DNA of 60,933 nucleotides from positions 1 to 60,933 of IMG/VR virus record IMGVR_UViG_3300051212_000930; one strand, written 5' to 3'. Below the pieces are notes generated by a model, which ran no database searches, had not been told where the DNA came from, and was given only the letters and a program-made list of their open reading frames with translations. A program made the translations under genes and the position numbers. Shown piece after piece: positions 1-10,346 of this stretch (position 1 is the stretch's first letter; every line of letters begins with the position of its first letter). This stretch comes from a virus. Lineage: Duplodnaviria; Caudoviricetes.

Positions 1-3000
1 TTGTGTCATCATTACCTGTTGGTTGAACACTTAATGTGGTCGTAGTACCAGGAATTGCATTTTTATCGTATGATAAATTTAATGTGATCCCACTTGTAAC
101 CTCAAAGTTTGCGGCTGTTGGGGATAATGATACGTTATTTTTAATCGCAACAGATTCTGGTAAGCTATTGTTAAATGTGTACGCGTTACCCGAAATTTGT
201 TGTATTTTTAAATCTTTGGTTATTTGTTTAAAAAAATAATTCCCATTACCCAAAGACAAAAATTTGAGTTTATTACCGTAATTTAATTCAGAGTCATCAA
301 TAACAATTTTAATATCAGCAAATTCTAATAACTCATAATTGTTAAATGACATTGTTCTGTATTTGTAGTACGGGTCATAACCAAAAAGTGTTTCAGCCGA
401 AGTTTTTAATTTGTACTCATTCGGTATCACTTCATATCGATATGTTTTTGTTTCATCAGTCTTAATGTCATAACCATCTAAAACAACAGACAATCCATTA
501 ATTAAACTCACTAATTTACCCGTATTTCTCTCTAAATCACGTAAAATGACTCTCTTTTCTTCAGTAACGCCACTAACATATTTTGATAATTTGTCAATTA
601 AAAAATCAGTAAATATTTTTTGATGTGTAGACTCAAAGTTTTGTAAAAATTGGTCGAAGACATTTCTAGTTTTATCGTTTCTATGCCAAAAATGACACAA
701 GTTTAATTTAATTTTAAGCCCCATTTCTTCACCGAGTGCTAAAATAATATCACTTATATTCTCACTATAGTCGGTGTAATTTTTAAAATAAAAACCAGCA
801 ACTTCCGCATTTGTTTTTGTTGTATTGTTTTGATAACCACCTGTAAAGTTACCTGGATCAAACCTATTTAAATCGTCAAATGTACCAGCCGTTGAAACTA
901 ATGTGCTACCATTACCAATTTTATACATATAATTTTGTGGATTAAGATGTAATTTTAGTGGTGATAATTTAGCGGTTTTAATTTGATCAGATAAATTTTT
1001 ATTTAATAAATCATATGAACCATATTCGACATAATTTCTTTCAATAGCTTCTTTATCAAAAATAGTAAATAGGTTATATTTACCATTTGTTGTACCAGTT
1101 GTAATACCAGTTATATCATTAAAAACATCATCATTATTTGGAAGCGCACCCATTTCGGTTAAAGGGTCTGTAAGATCAATACCTTGATTACTTGTTGTTG
1201 AACCAGTTGTGCCAGTTATTATATTATTTGAATTTGTTTTTGTTAGCCTTTTATTGTAATTTTTATTTAAAATCAAATCCAGTAACGTCATGTTTGAGTC
1301 CGTAACTGTATTAAAATTCATATTACCATTAAAGACATTGGCATATGTTTCATAAAGTTGTTTAAACACATCTCTATAATGCACCTCATACCAATTAAAG
1401 TAGGATTTGTCCAAATATTGATTTGGGTTGTTTGGGTCTTTCGACACGTTACTAAATTCTAAAACAAATGCCTGTTCCCCATAGTTTCTCCATTTTATTT
1501 CTTCCCAATACTTTTTATTTGTTACTGGGGCTTGAGACCCATTTAATGTATTTTGAGTCAATAAATCCTTTTCATTATCAGCTTTTCTTAAATAAAATTT
1601 ACCTTGGTCGGAAACTATTTCATATGGTTGATATACCGTTGATTGGTTATACGCGTTCGCTGTAAATAAATCCATAGAATAATTACCACCTGGTGTTGTT
1701 GGTATTCTTTTTTTAGTAATTACACCGATGGTTCCATATGGAACATCATCAAGAAAATCGGCTGGAACTATTCTCTCAGCAGCAGCTACAATTGGTATTA
1801 AATCTAATGTGTTATTATCAAAGAAACTTCTTTCTAAATTAATTAAATTTCTTTCAAATAAATCTTTGTTCGCAAATGTTCTATCATCGTAAACATCAGC
1901 ATTAGCATAATAGTTAAAAGATAAAGCATTTTGTAACTCGTCAACGTATTTTCTTAAACCAGAACCCCCAATGTATTTAAAACTTAATTGCACATCAGCA
2001 ATCATTGGTTGTGCTCCGATACCCTCTGGGTTTAAATCCCAAACAAGTGGTTCATATGATATATTTAAATTATCAATAACGATCTTTGTGTGATAAAAAT
2101 CACCAATTCTTAAAACACAAATGGGTGGTTTACCAAATGCGGTATTAGACGCATCACAAGAATCTTCACCATGTTTTCTTTTTATTGTTTCACCAGGTCT
2201 TAAACATTGTTGTAAAAATGTTAATCTAGCATTTAAACCTTCGGGTGTAATTGCATGAAATGCTGGTTGAAAATATTTTAATTTTTGTTTTAAGGAATCG
2301 TACATAAAAGGTGCATCCGCTCTAAGTAATTCAAAATAATCACACTCTGTAATCATTTTATTTATAATTCTTTGCGCAATTTCTCTTTTTGTCACATTCT
2401 CATATGTGAGTGGTTTTTCTTCTTGTGTAATAATAGTTGTTTCAACTGGAATAGCTTCTTTTGGTTTTTTAATATCCTCTGGTTTGTTGATAACCTCAAC
2501 TTTAATTTCAGCTCTTCTTGCAAACGAACTTACAATTGATAGTGCACCACAAACAACATCTTTATATGGTCTGTCAATTTTAGCCTCAATTGTACCAATG
2601 TGACTTGAATTAACACCTGGTATCCAATTGCCTGTGATTGCTTTTTTAGCTAAAGCGTCTGTTTCAAAACAACAATATTTAACCTTTGTTGTGCTATTAG
2701 GATCTGGTGCGTCAACTGTGTAAAAAATATTCTTATTTGGCCCAGCTGTTTGTGGGTTTGGTATCATTTCTTTTATCGCATCCGTTGATGTAATACCTTT
2801 TGCTTCAGTTAAAACAAATGTTATTGTATCTTTTGTATCTGGCTTAGCTCCATCTCTTTTAAAACTTACAATCGATTGTGTTCCAGTATATAGTTGCTCT
2901 AAATAACTGTCAAACCACTCATTAGCCTCAAGTGGGTCATCATTGTCATAATAAATTTTACCCAAATCACCTTTACTGATTACCTTTGTCACTAACCATT

Positions 3001-6000
3001 TAAGCGTTGAAATAAATCTCCTTCTTGATAATATATTGTTATAATTTGCTGTACCTTGGTCTGGGCCCAAAGGTGATGCGTGTGTTTCTATTGTAATTTT
3101 TAAATCAAATCCTTTATACTTTGGATCGGATAAATCTTGTTCAATAGTTTGAAACTGTTTTTGCATACCATACCATTTTGGTTTTCCAGCTTCTGTTGAT
3201 TCCATGTAATTTTCGGCGGAATCTTTTCCTATTGTATAATTATATCTAATCCATTCTGGAGGTATTATACCCGATGATCTATAATTATTTTTAATTGCTT
3301 CAGCATTATTAGTTATATCAACACCCTTTGTTAATTCATAATATCTTGTAAATAAAATGTCAAAAGATTCTATTTTACCAGTATCATATATTGGACTAAT
3401 ATTTTTATCAAAATCATTAGGCCTTAATGGTACATCATTTTCAAAAAATAAACAATCTCCATCAATTATTGATTTTGGTTTTTCTCTATCAATAGTTATT
3501 GTTTGGTCAGCTTCGGGTTGTTTGTACGTTATTACCTTTTCAAGTTTTGGTTTTAATTTTTCATTTGATTTTGTTAAATCAAGATCACCAATAACTTTTT
3601 TAAAATAGTCTATGTCAGATTGTGTAAATTGATTCCATATTCTTGCTAACTCAAAAACATCAAAATCTAAGCAACCAGCCCAAAAAGCTGCGAGTAATTC
3701 ATCAACTTCACCGTCTGTTAATCTTGCTAATTCTTTCTGAGTTAATAAATTTAATATTGATGGGTGATCAACAACAATTTTCCAACTTAATGTTCCAGTT
3801 CTTTCTGAATTATTATATGTGTAAATTGGTTCTGGTCTACCCAAAAACTGATGTGTCGTCCAATTTGCTGTTGTATTATCTGTAAATTTAATATCATATG
3901 GCGGAAACCACATAATTCTACCGCCATTAGGGCCTTTTTCACAAGCTGGTAAATCCGTTTTACCATAATAGTTGTTTGCCTTATAATCTCTCCACGCAAG
4001 ATTTTCAATTGAAAACATGTATTTTCTTGCACGTCTTTCACCAAAATATTCAACAACCGCGTCACCAGAACCATCACCTAATCGACCATAACCAGTGTTA
4101 ACATTTAGCTCAGATGGAAATATATTGTAATTACCAAATCTATCAATAACAGAATTTCGCTCTTTTCTTATTAATTCTTTATATCTAACTAAGTCTGTTA
4201 CTTTATTATAAGGTTTAATTTTTGTCCAAACACGGCAAAGCTCAGCTTCGTTATACATTTCCCTATCACTTCTTTTTCCTGTTGGATCTAAACCTGGAAC
4301 TAAATAACGATAACCAATAACATCACCTTGTTTATTTAATCTCTCTGTTTTCTTTGGTAATATAGTTCCGTTTGCTCTAGACATAAAATCATAACCATCG
4401 TAAAATTTGGTTATGGTTTGATCAATAGGCGAATTAAACACACCAAATTCAGTTTGAATTCCTTTTTCAAGCAATTGGCTTGTTGTGTATAAAACCGAAC
4501 ATTCTCTAAAATTACCTTGTTTAAATTTGTTTACACTCAATAATGAGCTAGTGCTATCTATGTTAATTGGTACTGGTTGTGCTTTTTGGTTTGTTTTGAA
4601 ATCAAAAGCTTTATCTTGAGCTGTTGATGATTTCCAAATAAAGTGTGTTTTAACCGAACCGTATTCACTCACACCTTGTGGTCTGTCAATACCATCCGTA
4701 TCAGATCCACTGTAACCTGGTTCTTCATATTGATTTATAAGGGTTAAATTACCTTTTTTAAGTGATTCGACAATAGTTTGGTTGCTTCTAACTTGATGAC
4801 CGTCAGCATCTTGTAGTAAATAAAATGGATCGTCATACTTACCCTTGTTGCCAATATAATATCTACCTTCTGGCGTTTCACCAGCTCCTATACCAAAATA
4901 ACCGCCAATTTTTCTTAACTCTTGTAATTCTTCTTGGCCTAAAAATAAAGTTGTTTCTTGATCGGCTAAATAATCTGGTTGGTATTTGTTTTTACCAACG
5001 TTATAAAATAAAGAATATCTTTGGCCCGAACCAGTTCTTCTTATAAAATACCCATCTCTATCTTCTTTTCTTGTAACTTGTTTACCTAATAAATTATCAA
5101 TAAATTTAGCAAAACCACTTTTTGGTTCACCATCTGAGTTAAATTCAATAACATTACCAAAACATTTAGGTGCGAGGTCATCATCAGTGCTCATTGCAAA
5201 ATCAAATGCAATCGGGTTTGTTAAACCCGCTAAACTACCAGCGAACTCAGCTGCTTTGCCTAATGTGGTAGACGCTACGCTAATCTCATAATTTCTTTCA
5301 AATAAATTAAACCAACCAAACGGATTTCTAACAATATTAGCGGCAGCGATTGGATTTGTTAAAGCTTCATCTAAGTTTGTCGCACCTAGTGTTTTTCTCT
5401 CAATTGCACGTTTGATCCTACTTTCAAAATTAAATTTTAACTCTAGAGCGGCGATATTCATCAATAACGTTTCGTTTGTTAACGGAGGCGTTCCACCGTT
5501 TAATAAAAACGACATGGGATCCGCAGAATTTGTCATAATTGCTAACGGATTTATTGATGTTTGTATGTTTAAGAATGAACTTGGTTCATATTCTTGTGGC
5601 CCAGCATAATTAAAAACACCAGAATTATAAGCATCCACATATGGTTTACTAAAAGCATCTGGTTTTAAACTTAGAACCGTTGGTTCAAATTGATTAATCT
5701 CAACTGGGAAATATCTATTTTGTTGTAATTGTAGTTGCAGAGCAACTTCTGGTGTCTGATTTGATAATAACGATACGCTTATGGCGTTCGGTATATTAAG
5801 GTCATTAATTAACGTTAGTTTACCAATTGACTGTAATAACGAGGTATATGTATAACCACCTTGGCTTAAATAATCATATAATGGATCATTTTCTGATGGA
5901 TCGCTAATATTAATTGGTTTATTTTTGTTAAATAATTTTTGTCTTTCCACATTTGCCGCATTGTCAACAGTTCCTGGGTTTAATACCACACTGTCCCCTA

Positions 6001-6496
6001 TTGTCGTTTCCTGGCCAATACCACTAAGATAACCTGAAGATATATTTGCTAAAATGTCTGGTGGTGTTTGTAAGTTTCTATTTAAGTTTTTTTGTCTTGG
6101 GTTAATAGAGTCAGTTACAACGTCACCTGGATTAGTTACATTATAATCATTAATATCGGTAGGTAACCCTCTACCAGAAAGATATTGTTGTGTTAAACCT
6201 TGGTTTGCTGTAATATTACCAATACCAGTAGCAATCTCATTAGGCGTCTGTAAGTTTTTATTTAAATTTTTTTGTCTTGGGTTAATAGAATCAGTCACAA
6301 CATTACCAGGGTCGGTTAATTTAACTGAAGCCTTATCTGTTTTAATAACCGCATCCTTACCTAATGCATCAATATATGCCGCATATAACGCAGCACCACT
6401 CAAATCAACTAAACCCAGAACAACATCTGGTGGTGTTTTTAAATTTAATTTTAGAACCTCGTCTCTAAATTGCTCAGAAAATATTTTAAGACCCAT
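1..6496 (-). CDS. Very large baseplate/tube-initiator-like virion protein with inserted OmpA-like domain (partial, >2165 aa, runs off the left edge)
   Basis: ATG at 6496 (MGLKIFSEQFRD...). The frame is open wherever I translated it, including at base 2, and the ORF track lists no stop-terminated ORF in this frame. Motifs WFPPYDIKF...W...FLGRPEPIYTYNNSERTG (~3790-3910) and PPICVLRIGDFYHTKIVIDNLNISY...W...PMIADVQLSF (~1980-2130) resemble tube-fold baseplate proteins. Lies directly downstream of tape measure. Confidence 0.8.
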   Translation of the reverse strand, partial: MGLKIFSEQFRDEVLKLNLKTPPDVVLGLVDLSGAALYAAYIDALGKDAVIKTDKASVKLTDPGNVVTDSINPRQKNLNKNLQTPNEIATGIGNITANQGLTQQYLSGRGLPTDINDYNVTNPGDVVTDSINPRQKNLNRNLQTPPDILANISSGYLSGIGQETTIGDSVVLNPGTVDNAANVERQKLFNKNKPINISDPSENDPLYDYLSQGGYTYTSLLQSIGKLTLINDLNIPNAISVSLLSNQTPEVALQLQLQQNRYFPVEINQFEPTVLSLKPDAFSKPYVDAYNSGVFNYAGPQEYEPSSFLNIQTSINPLAIMTNSADPMSFLLNGGTPPLTNETLLMNIAALELKFNFESRIKRAIERKTLGATNLDEALTNPIAAANIVRNPFGWFNLFERNYEISVASTTLGKAAEFAGSLAGLTNPIAFDFAMSTDDDLAPKCFGNVIEFNSDGEPKSGFAKFIDNLLGKQVTRKEDRDGYFIRRTGSGQRYSLFYNVGKNKYQPDYLADQETTLFLGQEELQELRKIGGYFGIGAGETPEGRYYIGNKGKYDDPFYLLQDADGHQVRSNQTIVESLKKGNLTLINQYEEPGYSGSDTDGIDRPQGVSEYGSVKTHFIWKSSTAQDKAFDFKTNQKAQPVPINIDSTSSLLSVNKFKQGNFRECSVLYTTSQLLEKGIQTEFGVFNSPIDQTITKFYDGYDFMSRANGTILPKKTERLNKQGDVIGYRYLVPGLDPTGKRSDREMYNEAELCRVWTKIKPYNKVTDLVRYKELIRKERNSVIDRFGNYNIFPSELNVNTGYGRLGDGSGDAVVEYFGERRARKYMFSIENLAWRDYKANNYYGKTDLPACEKGPNGGRIMWFPPYDIKFTDNTTANWTTHQFLGRPEPIYTYNNSERTGTLSWKIVVDHPSILNLLTQKELARLTDGEVDELLAAFWAGCLDFDVFELARIWNQFTQSDIDYFKKVIGDLDLTKSNEKLKPKLEKVITYKQPEADQTITIDREKPKSIIDGDCLFFENDVPLRPNDFDKNISPIYDTGKIESFDILFTRYYELTKGVDITNNAEAIKNNYRSSGIIPPEWIRYNYTIGKDSAENYMESTEAGKPKWYGMQKQFQTIEQDLSDPKYKGFDLKITIETHASPLGPDQGTANYNNILSRRRFISTLKWLVTKVISKGDLGKIYYDNDDPLEANEWFDSYLEQLYTGTQSIVSFKRDGAKPDTKDTITFVLTEAKGITSTDAIKEMIPNPQTAGPNKNIFYTVDAPDPNSTTKVKYCCFETDALAKKAITGNWIPGVNSSHIGTIEAKIDRPYKDVVCGALSIVSSFARRAEIKVEVINKPEDIKKPKEAIPVETTIITQEEKPLTYENVTKREIAQRIINKMITECDYFELLRADAPFMYDSLKQKLKYFQPAFHAITPEGLNARLTFLQQCLRPGETIKRKHGEDSCDASNTAFGKPPICVLRIGDFYHTKIVIDNLNISYEPLVWDLNPEGIGAQPMIADVQLSFKYIGGSGLRKYVDELQNALSFNYYANADVYDDRTFANKDLFERNLINLERSFFDNNTLDLIPIVAAAERIVPADFLDDVPYGTIGVITKKRIPTTPGGNYSMDLFTANAYNQSTVYQPYEIVSDQGKFYLRKADNEKDLLTQNTLNGSQAPVTNKKYWEEIKWRNYGEQAFVLEFSNVSKDPNNPNQYLDKSYFNWYEVHYRDVFKQLYETYANVFNGNMNFNTVTDSNMTLLDLILNKNYNKRLTKTNSNNIITGTTGSTTSNQGIDLTDPLTEMGALPNNDDVFNDITGITTGTTNGKYNLFTIFDKEAIERNYVEYGSYDLLNKNLSDQIKTAKLSPLKLHLNPQNYMYKIGNGSTLVSTAGTFDDLNRFDPGNFTGGYQNNTTKTNAEVAGFYFKNYTDYSENISDIILALGEEMGLKIKLNLCHFWHRNDKTRNVFDQFLQNFESTHQKIFTDFLIDKLSKYVSGVTEEKRVILRDLERNTGKLVSLINGLSVVLDGYDIKTDETKTYRYEVIPNEYKLKTSAETLFGYDPYYKYRTMSFNNYELLEFADIKIVIDDSELNYGNKLKFLSLGNGNYFFKQITKDLKIQQISGNAYTFNNSLPESVAIKNNVSLSPTAANFEVTSGITLNLSYDKNAIPGTTTTLSVQPTGNDDT
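6061..6312 (-). repeat. 180-bp-period direct repeat encoding PG(N/D)VVTDSINPRQKNLN(K/R)NLQTP
   Basis: Near-identical copies at ~6064-6130 and ~6244-6310; a degenerate third copy (NPGTVDNAANVERQKLFNKN) at ~5920-5980. Confidence 0.85.
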
Positions 6497-6514
6497 TTTT
6501 TTTTAATCAATTTT

Positions 6515-9361
6515 TTATAATAGTGGTTGTATTGGCGCCATATTCCCATTTTGGTAGTTACCAAATCCGCGTTCATATGAATCGTTTATTGACTTCATTC
6601 TTGCACCAATTAAATCCCTTGCGCCATACATTTGATCCCAAGTAACAACCTTACCATCATCTGATTTTATTGTAATAACCCCGCTATGTTGTACAGCATT
6701 TGTTGACCCGCCACCACCAGAACCTGCGGCTCTTTCTGCGGCTGCTTGATCAATAAATTGAACCATATCCCCTTTAGAGAATTTTGCATACGAGCCATCT
6801 TTATAAATAACACCATCATCAAACGCACCCATTTCTCTAGCGGCATTACCAGCATCAATACCCATTGAAACGGCTGAACCAACACCTGGAGCTACTATGT
6901 TAGCTAAATTAGCCGCACCAGAAAGTAAATTTAATCCAGCGCCAGTCCAATCACCCTCAAAAGCATCATATATTGCAAAACCAAGACTAGCCAAAGAACC
7001 GAGTACAGGTATTCTTTTTGCTGCCATTGCAGCAGCTTTAACACCCCATTGACCACCTCGTTTCATACCAACTTTAGCTAATCTAGCGGCATTTTTGCCA
7101 AATGGCCCTTTAAGACCTTGTATAACACCACCAGGTATATTTTTAGCGCCCAAAGCCGCTTTTCCATATAAACCAGCACCTTGTAAAAAAGAACCACCTT
7201 TATCTGGTGACATTTGACTGGCTATTGCACTTTGACCACTTTCACCATATAATGTTTTAAGAAGATCACTATCAGCAATTGCGGCACTTTGCATTTCAAG
7301 CCCGTAATTTTTCATTTTATTACCACCTAACCAGCTTGGTAATGCACCACCAATAATTTCTAATAATTTACCGATACCCGCTTTTAATATTGGTATAGTA
7401 AATTTTAAAACTTCACTTATAATAGGAACAGCAACATCTTTAAATAAAAGTTTTAAAGTTGCTGCTATTTTTTCACCCAATGTTTTTTGATCATTGGTAA
7501 AGATTTGTTCAATATTTTTGAAAATGTTTGTTGCTTTATCTATTAAGGTTTTAAACCCATTTGTTAAGCCATCGGAACCCATAATATCTTCCATTATGAA
7601 CTTTGCAATTTTTTCTGAACCCTTTTCAACCATTTGTAAAAATGATTCAAATTCAGTTCCACCAAATAATTTATTAAATACATTTGAAAACCCTAACATA
7701 ACTCTATCAACAACTAATGATAATCTTTCAAGTAAATTTTTTCTTTGACGTGCGGCGTCTTCGTTTTTCTTTCTTTCGTCAAGTACAGCTTTTAATTGAT
7801 TTTTATCTGTGATATTCTCAAGTAATTTTGTTGTACCATCAGACATTCGTATTTCATATTTACCTTGTTTGTTTAATTGCATTAAGCTGGCAATACCCAA
7901 ACGCTCTTCTTCACCTAAACCCATTAAGTTAAAACCAGCTTTACCAAGCGCAGTCATCTTATCAGCAATCTTAGCTTGTTCTAAAGCTGTATTCTTAATT
8001 TCGTTATAATCTTGACCTAATGTTTCAGCTGCGATTTTTAGCATTTTTCTTTCGGCTGGTGGTATTATAAAATCACTACCACTTTTAATTACAGCCCCCT
8101 TAACAAGGTCGGTAACTCTTTCAGCTAATTTAGCTGGATCATTCATTGATTCAAATGCAAGTTGCATTGGATCGCCAAAATTTTCAGCAAATTTTCCACC
8201 CAATACTTGCATTCTAGCTGCGGCTTCAACCGCTTTATCTAAATCTGAAAATGAATCTGTAAAAGCTTCAGTTGATTTACCAATATCAAATCTAATCGCA
8301 TTAGCTTTTGCTGCCAATTTTGTTAAATTATCCAATCCTCTACCAAAACCAATACCACTTAAACTTTCAACAAGTCCTTTGTATGTTTTTAATACTTTTA
8401 GTGAATTTAAATTCATTTTAGCAGCCATGTTTCTGGCTTTATCAGTTAAACCAATTGTTCTTTCGAGTGATATGCCAATGTTATCAAAACTCGCAGCTAA
8501 TTCTGCGGCGCCTTGAACACCTAAATTGGTTCCTAAACCTAACTCAATTAATTGTTTTACCTCACCTTCATTGAATATTCTATTTTTACCCGTGGTTTCA
8601 CTAAATGTTGACATTAACATTGCAACATCTTTCATTGTTCCACCAAATTGCATGGCGGATATTGTAAGTGAGGCAAAATTATTTAGTAAAGCTCTAGACT
8701 CTTCAGCTGTTAATCCAATATCAGCAGCTAAATTTCCAACTGTACTTTGTATTTCCAAAAATGTATTAAAGGCCTTTTTAAGTGGAGCTAAAACCATCTT
8801 AACGATAATACTACCAACCTTTATTAAAGTTGACGCAACAGCTCCTAATATAGAAAATACTGAACCCAATACGCTACCAATACTAACCATTACGTCAGAT
8901 ATAGCTGCACCAACAGATCCCATTCTACCTAATAATGGTATAGTTCTTCTCATTTGTTGTTGTGTAACCTTATTCATTTGGTTATCCAACTTCATTTTAT
9001 CTCTTTGTTTTGTTAATGCATCGGCAAATGCTGTATCACCTTTTTTTCTAGCTTTTAATATTTTTAACTCTAATTTTTCGATTAAAGCGTCATTTTCTTT
9101 AATTTTTTTACTAAATTCTAAATTTTGTTTTTGTTGTTCTCTAATTTTTTTACCAACACTAGCAACTCTCTTTAATACATTTAACCCTTTGACATCGGAT
9201 TTTAACATATCTTTTCTTGCTTTACCAACGTTAATTTCTGCGGTGTATACATCATTAAGTATATCACGCATTTGTTCAGCATTAACAACACCAGCGGCTA
9301 ATGCTCGTTCAAGAACACCACCAGCTTCAGTAAATTGCCTAAAAAGATCTCCTTGAGCCAT
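6515..9361 (-). CDS. Tail tape measure protein
   Basis: 948 aa, Ala/Gly/Leu-rich helical composition with hydrophobic Gly-rich segments, located downstream of tube and chaperone genes. Confidence 0.8.
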   Translation of the reverse strand: MAQGDLFRQFTEAGGVLERALAAGVVNAEQMRDILNDVYTAEINVGKARKDMLKSDVKGLNVLKRVASVGKKIREQQKQNLEFSKKIKENDALIEKLELKILKARKKGDTAFADALTKQRDKMKLDNQMNKVTQQQMRRTIPLLGRMGSVGAAISDVMVSIGSVLGSVFSILGAVASTLIKVGSIIVKMVLAPLKKAFNTFLEIQSTVGNLAADIGLTAEESRALLNNFASLTISAMQFGGTMKDVAMLMSTFSETTGKNRIFNEGEVKQLIELGLGTNLGVQGAAELAASFDNIGISLERTIGLTDKARNMAAKMNLNSLKVLKTYKGLVESLSGIGFGRGLDNLTKLAAKANAIRFDIGKSTEAFTDSFSDLDKAVEAAARMQVLGGKFAENFGDPMQLAFESMNDPAKLAERVTDLVKGAVIKSGSDFIIPPAERKMLKIAAETLGQDYNEIKNTALEQAKIADKMTALGKAGFNLMGLGEEERLGIASLMQLNKQGKYEIRMSDGTTKLLENITDKNQLKAVLDERKKNEDAARQRKNLLERLSLVVDRVMLGFSNVFNKLFGGTEFESFLQMVEKGSEKIAKFIMEDIMGSDGLTNGFKTLIDKATNIFKNIEQIFTNDQKTLGEKIAATLKLLFKDVAVPIISEVLKFTIPILKAGIGKLLEIIGGALPSWLGGNKMKNYGLEMQSAAIADSDLLKTLYGESGQSAIASQMSPDKGGSFLQGAGLYGKAALGAKNIPGGVIQGLKGPFGKNAARLAKVGMKRGGQWGVKAAAMAAKRIPVLGSLASLGFAIYDAFEGDWTGAGLNLLSGAANLANIVAPGVGSAVSMGIDAGNAAREMGAFDDGVIYKDGSYAKFSKGDMVQFIDQAAAERAAGSGGGGSTNAVQHSGVITIKSDDGKVVTWDQMYGARDLIGARMKSINDSYERGFGNYQNGNMAPIQPLL

Positions 9362-9369
9362 TCGTTAAA

Positions 9370-10041
9370 TTAAAAATCTATTGTAATTATTTTTCCACCA
9401 CTACCTAATAAAACGTTGTTAATATTATAAGATGATTTATTATTATTTAAATCATTATAAAAACTTCTAAAATCATTTTGATTAAAAGCTCTATTTTTAA
9501 TTACCATACCAACTAAATCAGTTAACTTATCATCATTAAATATGATTGATATTGATTTGCCTTTTAAAAGTACTAAAGTATCACCTTCTAGATTTGTTGA
9601 TGATATCAAATAACTGAATTTTGAATTAAAAGTATTTTGGTCTAAATCAGCCGCTGGTAAAACCCTGTGAGTTTTCATTAAGGCGTAAATTTTATAAATA
9701 TCTCTATGGTGTTTTTTTGGTAAATCAACTGTTCTACCATCAATATCAACTCTAGTTGCACCACCACCTCTTAACAATTGATCAGCTGCATATTGAATCT
9801 CTCTTGTATTTTGGTCGGTCTTGGACATTATATTCAATAGTTTTTGATCCCTATCACTTAAACCAAGGCCTCTTTTAACTTTATTCATTAATTGATTTAG
9901 AACACTCCTATCATTTGGTTTGAACACTTGTTCAATATCTTGTTGACTACCTTTAAGAACTTCATTAATCGTTTCACCAGTTGTTGTGAAATCGTTATTT
10001 TCGATCATTCGTATTCTTTCTTTTATTTTTTCGATAGACAT
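9370..10041 (-). CDS. Hypothetical protein (late, possibly virion-internal)
   Basis: 223-aa ORF with a TATTTAT motif about 17 nt upstream. N-terminus MSIEKIKERIRMIE...INE resembles leaders of other late ORFs here. Confidence 0.7.
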   Translation of the reverse strand: MSIEKIKERIRMIENNDFTTTGETINEVLKGSQQDIEQVFKPNDRSVLNQLMNKVKRGLGLSDRDQKLLNIMSKTDQNTREIQYAADQLLRGGGATRVDIDGRTVDLPKKHHRDIYKIYALMKTHRVLPAADLDQNTFNSKFSYLISSTNLEGDTLVLLKGKSISIIFNDDKLTDLVGMVIKNRAFNQNDFRSFYNDLNNNKSSYNINNVLLGSGGKIITIDF

Positions 10042-10074
10042 GATTTTTTACTTTTTATATAAATAGTTTTAAAT

Positions 10075-10101
10075 TAAAAAACCCACAAGAAATTGTGGGT
10101 T
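10075..10101 (-). terminator. Rho-independent terminator
   Basis: Stem AACCCACAA/TTGTGGGTT with 4-nt loop and a T-run on the minus strand, just after the 10106 stop. Confidence 0.75.
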
Positions 10102-10105
10102 CTAT

Positions 10106-10346
10106 TTATTTTCTTTTAGAATTAGCTTTGGCAATTTCTCTTTCTCTATGTTCCTTAACTTTTTTATTCTCTTCCATCAGTATATCAATAAAAGCCCTTC
10201 TTTCATAAACTGGCATATGTAATATATCAGCGTAGCTAAAATTACCGTGTTTTATGAGAATGTAAAACTCATAAAGTATATCTTTTTTATAAGTCGAGGT
10301 AAGGCCAAAGAAATTTTGAGGTAATCGGAAGTTCACCAAAAAAAAA
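10106..10346 (-). CDS. C-terminal extension of tail assembly chaperone (likely reached by programmed frameshift)
   Basis: Reading frame ...FFGLTSTYKKDILYEFYILIKHGNFSYADILHMPVYERRAF... overlaps the 3' end of 10287..11042 in the +1/-2 frame. It has slippery sites but no convincing independent start. Confidence 0.6.

Noticed and set aside
36-5609. Short ORFs in the track (36, 1468, 2406, 3357, 3643, 3787, 4825, 5412)
   Set aside because: Antisense or out-of-frame shadows of the single giant minus-strand ORF 1..6496.
6667-9356. ORFs overlapping tape measure, including the 276-aa plus-strand ORF 8526..9356
   Set aside because: Antisense or alternate-frame shadows with no recognisable motifs or expression signals.
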